NCBI RefSeq assembly: GCF_006345805.1 | Contig: NC_043015.1 | Span: 7,068,001 to 7,132,000, forward strand | Source of the DNA: Octopus sinensis | Taxonomy: Eukaryota | Direction of reading: 5' to 3' | Length of the DNA: 64,000 bases | Notes under the pieces: generated by a model | Told to the model about the DNA's origin: nothing | The model's database searches: none | What the model saw: the letters and a program-made list of their open reading frames with translations, nothing else | Part shown: positions 38,529 to 51,482 of the stretch, in pieces | Layout: each line of letters starts with the position of its first letter | Position numbering within the stretch: the first letter of the stretch is position 1 | Made by a program: the position numbers and the translations under genes

Positions 38529-39737
38529 GTGGAATTTTGTAGATTTTTCCTAGAAGGTCAATTGTTGACGTTCTTGACCGGATTGAAACTATGCATCTGG
38601 CAGGAAAATCAAGCCGTTGGCTCCTTTCATATGTTTATTTAGGAAACACGTATTCAGAATTTTATTTTCATATTTAGAATACAAATGACAGAATTTATTT
38701 ATTATATGCAATTGTAACATTAAAAGCATAGCCTTCAGTCCATTGCTCAGACAACACTTATTTGTCAGTGGTATAGACTACGAAGTTCTAGACTAGCAGA
38801 ATTGGATGAAATCATTTGATCTGTAAGCAGCTGCAATGTTTAACTGAATGAAAGAAGGATCCGTTCAGCTATAACTATAACTAATTACAGCTATAATTAA
38901 ATAACAACACAGTGTGACGAGCTAGCAGAGTCGTTAGCACGCCGGGCAAAATGCTAAGCGGCATTTCGTTCGAGATCAAATGCCATTCAGGCCGACTCTT
39001 CCGGCTGAGGTCAGCTTTGCTTTTTATCCCCTCGGTGTCGATAAAAAGAAAGTACCTTTCAACCATGGAGTATCCACTTCCAATGAAAATTCTTGTCAGT
39101 GAGCCTCGATTAGAAACCAGGAGTAGTTCTATCACTTCCTAGTTTAACATGTGCTGCAATTTTGATAAAACATCAATATCTTTCTGAAATACGATACTCA
39201 GATCTGTTTACATAGTACCCACGTCGGAAGAGGTTAGTTTCTGTTTTCCATCATCTTCTCCTGGTCCGGCAGAGGTCAGATTCCAAAGTAACCAGATTTA
39301 TAAGGCACATCATGTATCTTGTCATTCAGTTGTAGTTTTCTATCTTACTTGTTCTCATGAAACACTCGGGTTTAATTTACGTGAAATTTCGTTGTTATTT
39401 CTAGAAAGTCAAGTGTTGACGTTCTTAAGCGGATTGAAACTATCCATGAGGCAGGAAAATCAAGCCGTTTGCTCGTTTCATAATATGTTTATAGAGGAAA
39501 CATGTATTCAGAAATTTTTCTTTTATATTTAGAATACAAATGACAGTAGTTATTTATTATATGCAACCGAGCGATATACAATTGTAACATTAAAAGCATA
39601 GCGTTGAGTCTATTGCTCAGACAACATTTATTTGTCAGTGATATAGATTACGAAGTTCCAGACTAGCACAATAGGATGAAATCATTTGAACTGTAAGCAG
39701 CTGCAATGTTTAACTGAATGAAAGAAAGATCCGTTCA
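38529..39737 (+). repeat. Local direct duplication of about 340-355 bp (38529-38867 and 39381-39737)
   Basis: Shared blocks GTTGACGTTCTT, GGCAGGAAAATCAAGCCGTT, ATATTTAGAATACAAATGACAG, TTGCTCAGACAACA, CTGTAAGCAGCTGCAATGTTTAACTGAATGAAAGAA; scattered mismatches and small indels. Confidence 0.9.
38913..39128 (+). mobile_element. SINE-A, old rearranged copy between the duplicated blocks
   Basis: GACGAGCTAGCAGAGTCGTTAGCACGCCGGGCAAAATGCTAAGCGGCATTTCG..GGTGTCGATAAAAAGAAAGTACC. Confidence 0.75.
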
Positions 39738-40429
39738 ATCGCTGTAGCAATTTCCAGTATACCATTCGGAAAAGTTACTTCCGGTAGTTCAACATTATAT
39801 TCATTTCAGATTTCGCTCTCCTCTACACAAGGCGACATGAAATTAATATATTCATTGTCTAATTTGATTCTTCTGGTTGGAAAATGAAAATCTTTCATGA
39901 ATGTATTCCAGTTAGTCACAATTATTCAAATAATTACGTTCCTACATCGCCCATTATATATATTCTAAAGGACTAATGATATGTGTTCGTTGCTGTTGTT
40001 ATTTAGCTCCAGCTCATCCCAGGATCGAACATAAGTTTGTTCAATGGTATTGTATTTTTGACAAGTTCATTTATTCTGGCGTATTATGCTTATGCTAACC
40101 AAAACAGCTTCCCCATTTATAAGACAGTAGGGTGATGGTGATGGTGATAGTGGTGATGCTGGTGGTGGTGCTCTGTGTGTGTGTGTGTATGTGTGTGTCT
40201 GTGGTTTAGCTTCTATTTCAACTAGATCGAGCGACAGCAGGGAAGCTACGTGATAGGCTTATTATGGTCTAAGTTGGTACGATAAGGCAGAGAAATTTGC
40301 TCCCTAAGCGGAAGCAAAGATGTTTCAATTGAGAAATGAGAGATTCCATTCCAGTATTTTAGGATCAAGTCCTCCTGCTGCGATGTTGTGCTTTGTCTTT
40401 GGCCAAGTAGAAACGCTTGATTTCCATTC

Positions 40430-40845
40430 AAGGCGGCGAGCTGGCTGAATCGTTAGCACGCTGTGTGAAATGCTTAGCGGTATTTCGTCTGCCGTTACGT
40501 TCTGAGTTAAAATTCTGCCGAGGTCGACTTTGCCGTTCATCCTTTCGGGATCGATAAATTAAGTACCAGTTACGCACTGGAGTCGATGTAATCGACTTAA
40601 TACCTTTGTCTGTCCTTGTTTGTCCTCTCTGTGTTTAACCCCTTGTGGGTAATAAAGAAATAGGTATTTCGTCTGCCGTTACGTTCTAAGTTCAAATTCG
40701 TCGAGGTCGACTTTGTCTTTCATCCTTTCGGGGTCAATAAATTAAGTACCAGTTACGCACTGGGGTCGATGTAATCGGCTTAATCCCATTGTCAGTCCTT
40801 GTTTGTCCCCTTTACGTTTAGCCCCATGTGAGCAATAAAGAAATA
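40430..40845 (+). mobile_element. SINE-A dimer (two type-3 tails) with 19-bp TSD
   Basis: Junction AAAGAAATAGGTATTTCGTCTG; AGAAACGCTTGATTTCCAT at 40409-40427 vs AGAAACGTTTGATTTCCAT at 40846-40864. Confidence 0.9.
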
Positions 40846-41466
40846 AGAAACGTTTGATTTCCATGTACTTTGAATAGATTTAGATCACGTACCGAATTGT
40901 TGCTTTATGATGTTCTTTTCTTTTGAAATTTCTTGTTACTGTGTAGTCTTGCTTATTGAACAAATTTATAACCACACATATATCAATCATAATCAATCCA
41001 TCTATTTAAAAAAATATAAATTTAAGTCATGGTTTATCAAAAACTACACAGTTCATTGTGCCTAACCACCTATCCACTTATCTCAGACAGTACGTTTTAA
41101 GGGCAATATGACATCTATTTTTGTAAAGGCAGTGTAATACAGCCAGCGAATTTTGCGTTTATTTGTGCATAATCTGAACCGCAGTAGAAATATTTTGAAG
41201 GTGAGGGTTTTACCTCCTCTCTGACAGCTATACAATAAATAATAATACGAAAAAAATCTGCGATTATGGAATGTGCCTGTTTGCATAGACAGTATGTTTT
41301 ATTGTCATAGATACGAAGTAACGCCTGTCAGTACTTTAAAAACAATATTAAACATTTAGTAGCAGCAATGTCAACTCTCAGGAATTAATAATATATTTTA
41401 TAGCATTTACAAGATATATAATTTATTTAACAAGTTCGTTATTTTCAAAACGTCATTTATATAAAA

Positions 41467-41828
41467 CTAGCAGTATCGCCCGGCGTTGCTCGGGTTTGTA
41501 TGGGAAATAACTATAAAGCATTTTTAGAGAGTTATAGGCCAAAAAATGGAAAAAAAATGGTAAATTTTTTTGAGAGTTAAAAAGGCCTAGTTGGGCCCCC
41601 TAGACAGTCTGTGGTTTGTGTTTCTGATTCTCGACCCCATGTCGAATTTACCGATGTTTTTCAGAACTGGGGGAACTTTTCAAAATTTTCGCTGCGTTAG
41701 TTTGGAATCATGACATTGGGCTATTTGTGTGTCAAGTTTCATCAGAATCGGTTGAAAGCAGTGGTCAGGGTGAGGGTACAACCTCACAGACACGCAGACA
41801 GACAGACTGCCGTTTATATATAGAGAGA
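41467..41828 (-). mobile_element. Non-autonomous Helitron
   Basis: On the minus strand: 5'-TC start, 3'-CTAG end, hairpin CCCG-AGCAACGC-CGGG (41479-41494) 8 nt before CTAG, inserted between A and T; internal (GTCT)n near the 5' end. Confidence 0.85.
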
Positions 41829-41872
41829 TAAGCTATTAGAATATTTCCAAATAATAAAAAAAAAACGACTGA

Positions 41873-41914
<42 letters not shown>

Positions 41915-42280
41915 ACACGGGTATCTTTGTGTTGATGATAAATTTACTTGTTAAAAATGTGATTGTGGTTAGATATCACATGCTAAGTGTTTGTAAATAT
42001 AGCCTAAAAATAAGGAACAGATTTTGACTAAATTTTGCAAGACAGCAGCTATGTGAAACCCGGTAGAGGAATACTTCCCATTCTTGTGTGGTAGAATTAA
42101 TCTGCTTCCAGATTTAACACGTTGTTAGTGACTTTGAAAAGTATAAGTTGTGGCTTGTGTCCTATGAGCAATAAAGAAATATTGAACAGTATGTGTGTGG
42201 TATAATGCACGTCCTTTAAAGCACAAAATCTGATACGGCTCGGGTTAGTCATCAAAGTGAGCATTCGAATGCTGGAATAT

Positions 42281-42512
42281 AAAGAATTATTGCCCACAAA
42301 GGGTTGAAGATAGAGGGGACGAACAAGGACAGACAAAAGGATTAAGTCGATTACAACGACTCCAATGCGTAACTGGTACTTATTTAATCGACCCCGAAAG
42401 GATGAAAGGCAAAGTCGACCTCGGCGGAATTTGAACTCAGAACGTAACGGCAGACGAAATACCGTTAAGCACTTCGCCCGGCGTGCTAAAGTTTCTGCCA
42501 GCTCGCGGCCTT
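42281..42512 (-). mobile_element. SINE-A monomer, young, with TSD
   Basis: Full reverse-complement copy; ATGCTGGAATAT at 42269-42280 vs ATGTTGGAATAT at 42513-42524. Confidence 0.9.
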
Positions 42513-42769
42513 ATGTTGGAATATGACTTTGCCGCTAGTAGTTATACAAGGAAACCTGTTTTAGTGCTCTTGTAGAAAAAAAGATGTTTGGGAGTAATAT
42601 CTCTATATACCGTGTTGCAAATTATAAATGCTGCACATGAAATAAATGAAAAAAATATGAATTCTTTATATATTTTACTGTGGCCACGCAACGGCACCAC
42701 TTTGAAGAATCTTAATCGAAGGAAATAACAAGTAATTCAGTACTGAATTTTTTATTTTATTTTTCGTAA

Positions 42770-43032
42770 ACCTGGTACTTATTCTATCCGTTTATTTTGC
42801 CGATCTGCTAAGTTACGAAGATGTAAACAAACCATCATCGGTTGTTAGAAGGTAGTGGGGAACAAATACAAAGATAGACAGATATACGTGGGTCTTCATT
42901 TAGTTTTCTTCTACCACATTCAGTAGAGGCTATAGTAGAAGACTTTTGCCTAAGGTGCCACACAAATAGGACTGGAGTCTTAAACATGTAGTTGGGAAGC
43001 AAGCTTCTTACCACACAGACACGTCTGCGTCT
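42770..43032 (-). mobile_element. SINE-B, old diverged copy
   Basis: GGTACTTATTCTATCCG..GAGGCTATAGTAGAAGAC..AAGCAAGCTTCTTACCACACAG. Confidence 0.8.
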
Positions 43033-43079
43033 TTTGGAATTTATTGGTTTCAAAGTTAGGCCAACAATTTTTTTCCACC

Positions 43080-43200
43080 CAGAAATTGACGAAAGGCAAA
43101 GCTGACCTCAACGCAATTTGAACTCAGGAAGTTAAGACGTAGGAACCATCGCTAAGCATTTTGCCTGGCATGCTAACATCTTTGGCGGCTCGTCGCCTTC
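43080..43200 (-). mobile_element. SINE-A 5' half
   Basis: GAAAGGCAAAGCTGACCTCAACGCAATTTGAACTCAG..GCTAAGCATTTTGCCTGGCATGCTAAC..CTCGTCGCCTT. Confidence 0.75.
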
Positions 43201-43204
43201 ATTT

Positions 43205-43299
<95 letters not shown>

Positions 43300-43444
43300 T
43301 ATAAATAAAATAAAGTGAAGTTGTAAGGTACCGCACGAGTGGAAATATATATGAAAGAAGGTTTGAAAAGGCAATTTTAAAACTTGTTTATTCACTTGTC
43401 CTGGGTTTCTGGGTATTTACCCGTCATCAGCGCATATATATACA

Positions 43445-43529
43445 CTCTTTTACGTGTTTCAGTCATTTGACTGCGGCCATGCTGGAGCACCGCATTTAGT
43501 CGAGGAAATCGACCCCAGGACTTATTCTA
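43445..43529 (-). mobile_element. SINE-B 3' fragment
   Basis: GTTTCAGTCATTTGACTGCGGCCATGCTGGAGCACCGCATTTAGTCGAGGAAATCGACCCCAGG. Confidence 0.85.
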
Positions 43530-43999
43530 TAAAGGCCATATCGATCTCAGTGGAATCTGAACGTGCTTATGAAATATATTAAAAATAAATTATGTTAGTA
43601 TTCGGTACATTACTAACTAATAATATTTTTAAAAAGATTGTACAGGAATACACGTAGTTGGAAACATCACATGTATTTCTTTTTAAAAGGATTTGTATAC
43701 ACAGCCAGTTCATTGGTGGTCTTGGCAATTTGAGGACATAGAATGATGAATAATTGTCACTCGCGTTCGAGAGAAATGGATACCCAAGGATATTCATATA
43801 TTTAATGTCACTTTCTATTTCTAGATATAAAATAGTATTACTACACAACAAGCAAATGTGAGAATATGCTTGCAGATAAAAGCATTTGCAGCATGTCGAT
43901 ATCAAAGTCACAAGTGTTTGAAATATTCTTTATAAAAACTGCAAATCGATATACGTTTGGCTTTAGATCGCTTAAACTTCATAAAATATAATTGATATG

Positions 44000-44366
44000 T
44001 ACATAAATACACATATATACTTGAATAAATACATACATATGTAGAAGAATTGTACATGGAAATGCATGCATGTGTGTGTATGTGGGTGGATTATTTATAA
44101 TAATATACATATATTTACATGCGTATATACATATGTAAACACGCACACACACACACATATATATATATATACATATATATGTATGAATATGTGGTTGATG
44201 GTATATATATATATATTATATATATTGTGTGTGTGTGTGTGCGTATATATATACATATATCTATGAGTGCATATAAATGTATGTATATACGTATATGTAT
44301 ATGTACATACATATATATACATATATTATATATATATATATTCATTTGTATACATATATGTACATG

Positions 44367-44414
<48 letters not shown>

Positions 44415-44488
44415 GCATTTATCTACGTATTTATCCATACAACTCTACATCTGACAGTCTCCATATCTTCCCTCTCACAATTTATGTG

Positions 44489-44534
<46 letters not shown>

Positions 44535-45064
44535 ATATATACACACACAATATCTGTGTGTATGTGTTTTTGGTGTGTGTGTCTGTGTCTATGTGCGTGA
44601 GCGTGTGCGCGTTTGGTGAGTGTGTTTGTGTGTAGGCAGCAACTTCTAAACTATTATATTCATTACTTCAAGGTTCGGCACATGTTTCATGAACGAAAAC
44701 TCAGTTTTGATTATAGAGCTGCAATATCGTATAAATCAATGCTTCTCTTCAAAGACCAGCGTCTATCTTAAATAGGGTGAGGAATGTAATTTTAATAAGA
44801 AGAAAAGAAATATGGTATGTAAAATAATAAGGAAATCTTCGTATTACAATATTGATATAAACGTTTAGAAGAGTAATTTCAATTTTCATCAAATCGCCAC
44901 ACTTGAATAAAAATTTATTATTTGTTTTTTTTTTGTTGATTTTTATCATCTTCAAATATTTTGAAATTCATGAATATTAAAAAATGGAGGATATAAATTT
45001 TTTGAGAAAACTTTATTTGTGTGTAATAGTGCCTGTGTACATGCATATGTTTTTGCCCATTTAA

Positions 45065-45097
<33 letters not shown>

Positions 45098-45143
45098 TGT
45101 ATGTACCATGCATATATGAATGTGTGTTTCTATGTATAACGTG

Positions 45144-45174
<31 letters not shown>

Positions 45175-45372
45175 ACGTATACATGTATCTATACATGTAT
45201 ATCAGCGTATACTTGGGTGTATGTGCATATATTTATGTATTTACACTTTTTATCTATGTATAACGTAAGTTATCTTTTCGAAAATTTCCAAAATGTCTGT
45301 ACTTTAACAACCTTATAAAAATAGTAACAAACGAGAAATAGTTTTATCCATTCACCTACATTTGTGTAAGAA

Positions 45373-45403
<31 letters not shown>

Positions 45404-45846
45404 GAACATATACACACCTATATATATGTGTGTGTGTGTATATGCATATGTATGTATATATATATATTTATGTACGTGTATTTATATTTGTATGTGTATA
45501 TTCGTATGCATTATTATATGTATATACATATATGTTACATAAAGAATGAGGCATATGTGACTGTTTGAAATGTTACAATATGATTATGCACATAAAAAAA
45601 TCTATCAAATGAAAACAACTATTCATCATTTTACCAAATGATAAGAGAAGTCAGAAGCACATTTACCTTGACACAGAAAATGTTTGAATGATATGAACAA
45701 AAAATGATACAAAATTCTTTATCACAACACTGATATTCATGCAGAGAAAAAATGCAAAAGCATATGTTCAACAAGCAAAACAAAACACAGTCCAATGAAT
45801 ATAAATTTGTAATTTTGTCTATAAACATATACACACAAACATACAA

Positions 45847-45877
<31 letters not shown>

Positions 45878-46110
45878 AATATATATGTATATATATATAA
45901 ATATATATATATATGCATCTGTATACATATATTTATATATACGTGTATGCATGTATATATGTATATGTGTGTATGCATATGTATATAAATGTGTGTGTAT
46001 GTGAATAGGTATATGTGTGTATGCATATGTATATGTGAATACATATATATATATATATATATACAACGTAGATACATAATTATATAAAAGCATACATACA
46101 TAATATATAC
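44000..46110. repeat. Cluster of compound (TA)n/(TG)n/(CA)n microsatellites (about 44000-44640, 45060-45520, 45830-46110)
   Basis: Direct reading. Confidence 0.9.
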
Positions 46111-46117
46111 GTATATA

Positions 46118-46221
46118 CAGTTGGGCTAAAAGTCACGCACCAAAATATTAGTCATTTCATTTATATTACGTTATTAATATTATTACTACTATTATCATTA
46201 TTATTATCCTCATCATCATCG

Positions 46222-46258
<37 letters not shown>

Positions 46259-46394
46259 TTTTACGCATCATGTATAAATACGTGTTTATTCATTATTTCT
46301 TTCATATTATTCCACTTTAGAAAAGTCCATGCGTGTCTTTGAAAATCCGTGAGCATATGGAACTTATTTTGTGCGTCAGTTTTGGCCCATACTA
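46118..46394. mobile_element. Tc1/mariner-type MITE with an internal (ATT)n
   Basis: Left CAGTTGGGCTAAAAGTCACGCAC; right end reverse-complemented TAGTATGGGCCAAAACTGACGCAC (4 mismatches, 1 indel); TA on both sides (46116-46117, 46395-46396). Confidence 0.6.
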
Positions 46395-46707
46395 TAATTC
46401 ATTATATTATATATTTCATTTCCATATACATGAATACACACATACACACTAACACATGCGTGTTGTCGTCAGATATTGGAGCAAACTTGTTTATCCTACC
46501 GTCATGGAAAACACATTTATATTTTTTCAATTGTAAACCTTTGATTCTCCACATCTTTCATTACTTCTTGGTTATTTGTATGCAGAAGAGAAGTAATCCA
46601 TTGCATGCAATAACTTACCTGCAAAGAGAATAAAAGAAAATTCATTTAAGTATATATACATATAGGATTATTCATACATAGATACATTATTTATTTATTT
46701 ATGCACA

Positions 46708-47001
46708 CTTTTCAAGCCTAGCTAGGCTCATGGGCCCGGTTTCCCGGTTTCTGTGGCGTATGTCTTCCTCTCAGCTGGACGGGACGCCAGTCCATCGCAG
46801 CGTTACCATGAAACAGAAAGAGAGAGTGAGAGAAAGTTAGGGCAAAAGAGTAAAACAGGGGTGGCCACCACCCCCTGCCGGAGCCTTGAGGAGCTTTTAG
46901 GTGTTTTCGCTCAATAAACACACAACGCCAGGTCTGAGAATGGAAACCACAATCCTCCGACCGCAAGTTCGATGCTCTAACCACTCGGCTATTGCGTCTC
47001 C
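46708..47001 (-). mobile_element. tRNA-headed SINE with a V-SINE-like 3' core
   Basis: Reverse complement: GGAGACGCAATAGCCGAGTGGTTAGAGCATCG..GTGGTTTCCATTCTC head, middle module, then GCTGCGATGGACTGGCGTCCCGTCCAG, which resembles the V-domain motif (from memory, unverified). Confidence 0.75.
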
Positions 47002-47033
47002 ACACATAGATACATATATACATAATAAGTCCT

Positions 47034-47183
47034 TTAGGTTATGTACCAATAAACTTGCTCAAATACTTAGAAACACTTGGTTTCACGAAGAAAGAGCAAA
47101 AGAAGCCGGCATGGACTCTTCAAATCCAATCTGTAAATAGCACGGTGAACATTTTAAAGAAATTCCCGAAATTCACTATGTGA
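47034..47183 (+). mobile_element. C-terminal remnant of an RLE-endonuclease non-LTR retrotransposon (R4/NeSL/Hero-like)
   Basis: LGYVPINLLKYLETLGFTKKEQKKPAWTLQIQSVNSTVNILKKFPKFTM*, resembling the 'GALG.VP..L...L..LG....LQ..A..GT..I.K.FL' end of RLE-type ORFs. Confidence 0.6.
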
Positions 47184-47849
47184 GATCCTTATGTGAATAA
47201 ATGCACACTCTTGTGTGTACACATCGACAGCTCAACAAACACAATAACTCTACCACCTATTTACAAACACCGGGAACTCTCTCAACTCAAAAATCTTATT
47301 ACTTTGTTAGCAACCGGTTTCAAATCTCTCAAGAAGTATTCTAATTAATCTCAAAGAAAAATCATATATGTAGTATAGTAATTAATACAAATGTTAAATT
47401 GCTGTTATTATGGTATTTATCATATTTATTAGAATACTGTAGCTGTAATAGAATCAGGAAATATATATACAACATCCTTCGGATTCTGATTTATTGGTCA
47501 TTACTTTTAAGTGAGTTGCATACACAAAGGGACACGCGCACATGAAACCGCGCATAAACACAATTACGCATATGTCGCTGATTTCATTTTCCATTGTTCT
47601 AGTAATCATTTGTTATTTGCTATTGCATTATGTAAACTATGTTTAATTAAATAATAATTAGAAGCAGCCATTAATTGATTAATTGCTTAATTAAAGGCCT
47701 TATATATATATGCATATTTATAGTTCCTTGATATATTGAATTTACATAGTTTTAAATATCATATTTATTTGCTTGTAAGTTAATGTACGTCACTTGAGGA
47801 TAAAGTTAGGTATTTTGTTGAATATATGAATAAGTTTTCCCCTTCTCTT

Positions 47850-47867
47850 TCTTATATATATATATAT

Positions 47868-47901
<34 letters not shown>

Positions 47902-48022
47902 GGAGAAGAGATAGAGAGAGATAGATGGATAGTTGTATACATATAGCATGCATCCATATATAAATCGGAATATATATATATATATGTGTGTGTGTGTTTG
48001 TGTGCGAGTTTGTGCTTACATG

Positions 48023-48070
<48 letters not shown>

Positions 48071-48163
48071 GTATATGTATACATATGTACAGAGTTACAT
48101 TTATATATCAATAAAAGTGAATATATTATGCACGTGCTTAGTGTACACATATATAAGTTTGTA

Positions 48164-48210
<47 letters not shown>

Positions 48211-48250
48211 ATATATATATATATAATATATATATATATATATACGAATG
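47850..48250. repeat. (GA)n and (TA)n microsatellites
   Basis: Direct reading. Confidence 0.9.
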
Positions 48251-49145
48251 TAATTACTATAAAGAGAGAGAGGAAGATAAAGAGAGAAGAGAAGTAGGAA
48301 GGGAGAGACAGGAAGACCAGGTCGAGTTGTACTGAATACTTAACATGTCCACTTCGAAATCATGAGATATCGGTCTCGAATCTTCTACTTTGCATCTTGG
48401 ATAATTGTTAGTATAGTCTGGAGCGAAGCCAAAATTGGTGAATAAAACAAATTTCAAGGCAAAAATAGCCCAGCCAGACGGATTTTACTTGTAATTCCAA
48501 TAGCCATCCTTGTCACACATATTCACAGAGAGAGCTTTACATTACTGTTACTCTTACCTTTGTTTTACACTGTCAATTACATATAACACAAACAGTCTGC
48601 AAGGTTTGTAGAGCGAACAGCTGAACACACAAGATCAGAAATTCTGACCGAGAACCATTTATTATGTACAGACATAAATTAGACTCACAAAGGCATATAT
48701 TGATATATATTCTGTTTATTGTGTATCCTCTTTTGTGTTTTAGCAATTAATCACATTCCCGTGCATATTTTATTGATTATTTTTTAATTATTTTCTTCGT
48801 ACTTTTCGCTTTGAATTACTTCCTCCTTAACTACTTTTTCTGTTTACTGCGTTGCAGGTTTCATCAATTATTTTGTGTTTTCTTTATATTTCATATAAAG
48901 AACCAAGCTTACTGGTCTCAAGTTTGTGTTGTCTAATGAACGAAGAATGATGAAAACAGCGAGTAATTGCAGTACTACAATATCTATATATCTATCTATG
49001 AATATTTATAACTGATTATATATATATATATATATATAATAAATATTAGGGAATAAATCCAAATTTACAGGGAAAAAAATTAGATTTAGGATTAAATCCA
49101 ATTTTATAGTAAAATTATATAATATTATTAGAGACAAAACCCTAA

Positions 49146-49184
<39 letters not shown>

Positions 49185-49199
49185 AGAATTCAGAAATTC

Positions 49200-49335
49200 A
49201 CAAAAAAACAAAAGACGAAGACAGGTGGTATAGACAACAAACAGATGTATTAGTTTAAAACGCTCGGGATGTGAAAAATGTTTTTAACGTTTCGAGCCTA
49301 CGCCTTCCACAGAAAGGATCAAGGACAGAAAATAA
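49200..49335 (-). mobile_element. Repeat family C, copy 2 (hammerhead-like motif at 49282-49316)
   Basis: AAAGACGAAGACAGGTGG..CAGATGTATTAG..CGCTCGGGATGTGA..AACGTTTCGAGCCTACGCCTTCCACAGAAAGG; between (TA)n tracts. Confidence 0.75.
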
Positions 49336-49455
49336 ATAATAATATATATATATATATTATATATATATAGATCAATAAATGTGGGGTTGTGTTGACCGCA
49401 CGTGGAGAAATGATAAGTAAGGAAAATTTTTTTAAAATGCAGACTATTTTTCCTA

Positions 49456-49497
<42 letters not shown>

Positions 49498-50471
49498 GAA
49501 TATATATAAATATATATATTCACACTCATAAATAAAGAGAGAAGGAGTGTTAGATAGCTAGATAGATAGATAAATAGATATTAATAAAACACGGAGCGAA
49601 TGGATATTGTGGATAATACTACATGTGTTCCGTAGCGAGATTATTTGTAACACCTTATGTCATATAAAATTACATCGCATACCAAATTTCACAGAGTAGT
49701 CCAAAGTAAAAATATATTAGAGGAAGCAGATGAGAAAAAAGAGGATGGTATCCCAGTCATTTCTTATGTTTTTCACTTTATCAATCTAGAAACGTTGAGA
49801 GGTTAATTTAACGTCGGTTTAATTCGAACTCATAAAAAAAAATTTCAAATTGATTTATTTTATATAATCCTCTCAGCGTCCTAATTTATAAAAATACACG
49901 CAAGCATACACCCACGCACACAAATAGACACACGACACTCATACATACCATTTGTTAAAAGACGTACATATATATATGTATATACATACATACATATATA
50001 TCTAATATGTTAATGTGAATACTGGTAAAAAAATCAATATTGTCTGTTGAGACAATATTTTTAACGTATATATAAATATATTATATTTGATATAAACATT
50101 TCCTGGTTTCTAAACCACGAAGAGCCTGAATAAATTTGAGGTTAATTGCGAAATGATTTGTTACCGAATTACCATTCTGCACACGCAACGCATCTACAAT
50201 GAGTTCATTATAAGAATATTAAATCTTAAGATGTTGGTCAAGATACGTTCCAGAAAGTAAATGTTACTCTTATTTGGTTAAGATGTGTGGTCTTTACGTG
50301 TCGAGTATTTCTCTTCTAACTAAACCAAATAAACAGTTCGTGTTTGTGATTGGTAATATTCTGTGTACTACATCATATTACATGAATGCATCCCAGTGAT
50401 GTGTATATATTTATATCTGTTTGTTTCTGCATATGCACACACTCAAACAAATGCGCGCACACACACACACA

Positions 50472-50526
<55 letters not shown>

Positions 50527-50529
<3 letters not shown>

Positions 50530-50691
50530 CGGCAGGCTTTTTTCAGTTTCTGTCGACCAAATCCACTCACAAGGCTTTCGTCGGCTCGAGGCTATAGTAG
50601 AAGGCACTTGCCCAGGTGTCACGTAGTGGGAATTAACCCAGAACCATGTGGTTGGTAAGCAAGCTACTTACCACACAGCCACTCCTGCGCC
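50527..50691 (-). mobile_element. SINE-B 5' half, ending at an expanded internal (TA)n
   Basis: CCAAATCCACTCACAAGGCTTT..GAACCATGTGGTTGGTAAGCAAGCTACTTACCACACAGCCACTCCTGCGCC. Confidence 0.9.
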
Positions 50692-50871
50692 TATATATAT
50701 ATATATACTGTATTAAATGAAGATACAATGTTTCTTCTATAACATACGGTTGCCTCATACTTGAGTGCCTGAGTAACGCCTTATATATACGTGTGTGTAT
50801 GTGTGTGTGCGTGCGTGCGTGTATACATATATATACATATATATGTATATGCAGCGAGAGTTTTCGAAAAA

Positions 50872-51195
50872 ACACCAAAGACGAATACAGGTGGTGTACA
50901 AAATAAACAGATGTATTAGTATAACGCTGAGGAATAGAAAAAGTATTTTACGTTTCAAGCCTACGCTCTTCTACAGAAAGGGACAAAGAGAAACAAGGAG
51001 AAAAAAATGTGTGTAGTGGCTAACGATCTATCATGGCGTCTGTATATGGCATATGTATATGCATGTATGTATAAAAGACGAAGACAGGTGGTGTAGACAA
51101 CAAATAGATGTATTAGTGAAAAAGTCTTTAACGTTTCGAGCCTACGCTCTTCCACAGAAAAGAACACAGAAAGGAACAATGACAGAAAATAAGTA
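50872..51195 (-). mobile_element. Repeat family C, copies 3 and 4 in tandem (motifs at 50945-50980 and 51126-51161)
   Basis: AAAGACGAA..CAGGTGGTGTA recurs at about 50877 and 51074; ACGTTTC at 50950 and 51131. Confidence 0.8.
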
Positions 51196-51196
51196 A

Positions 51197-51233
<37 letters not shown>

Positions 51234-51406
51234 CGAATTTATATATGAATATCTATATAAATAGATATAGGAATATATATATGTAAACTAATAAAAATTA
51301 TAAGATTTAAGCTTATAAGCATTCACTGTGCCCTGACGCTTATAAAGTTAAAAGCTATTACTATTATCATCATTTACAGGCTACACACGCACGCACACAC
51401 ATACAA

Positions 51407-51440
<34 letters not shown>

Positions 51441-51482
51441 TATACATATATGTATGTGTATACGTATATATAAGCACACACA

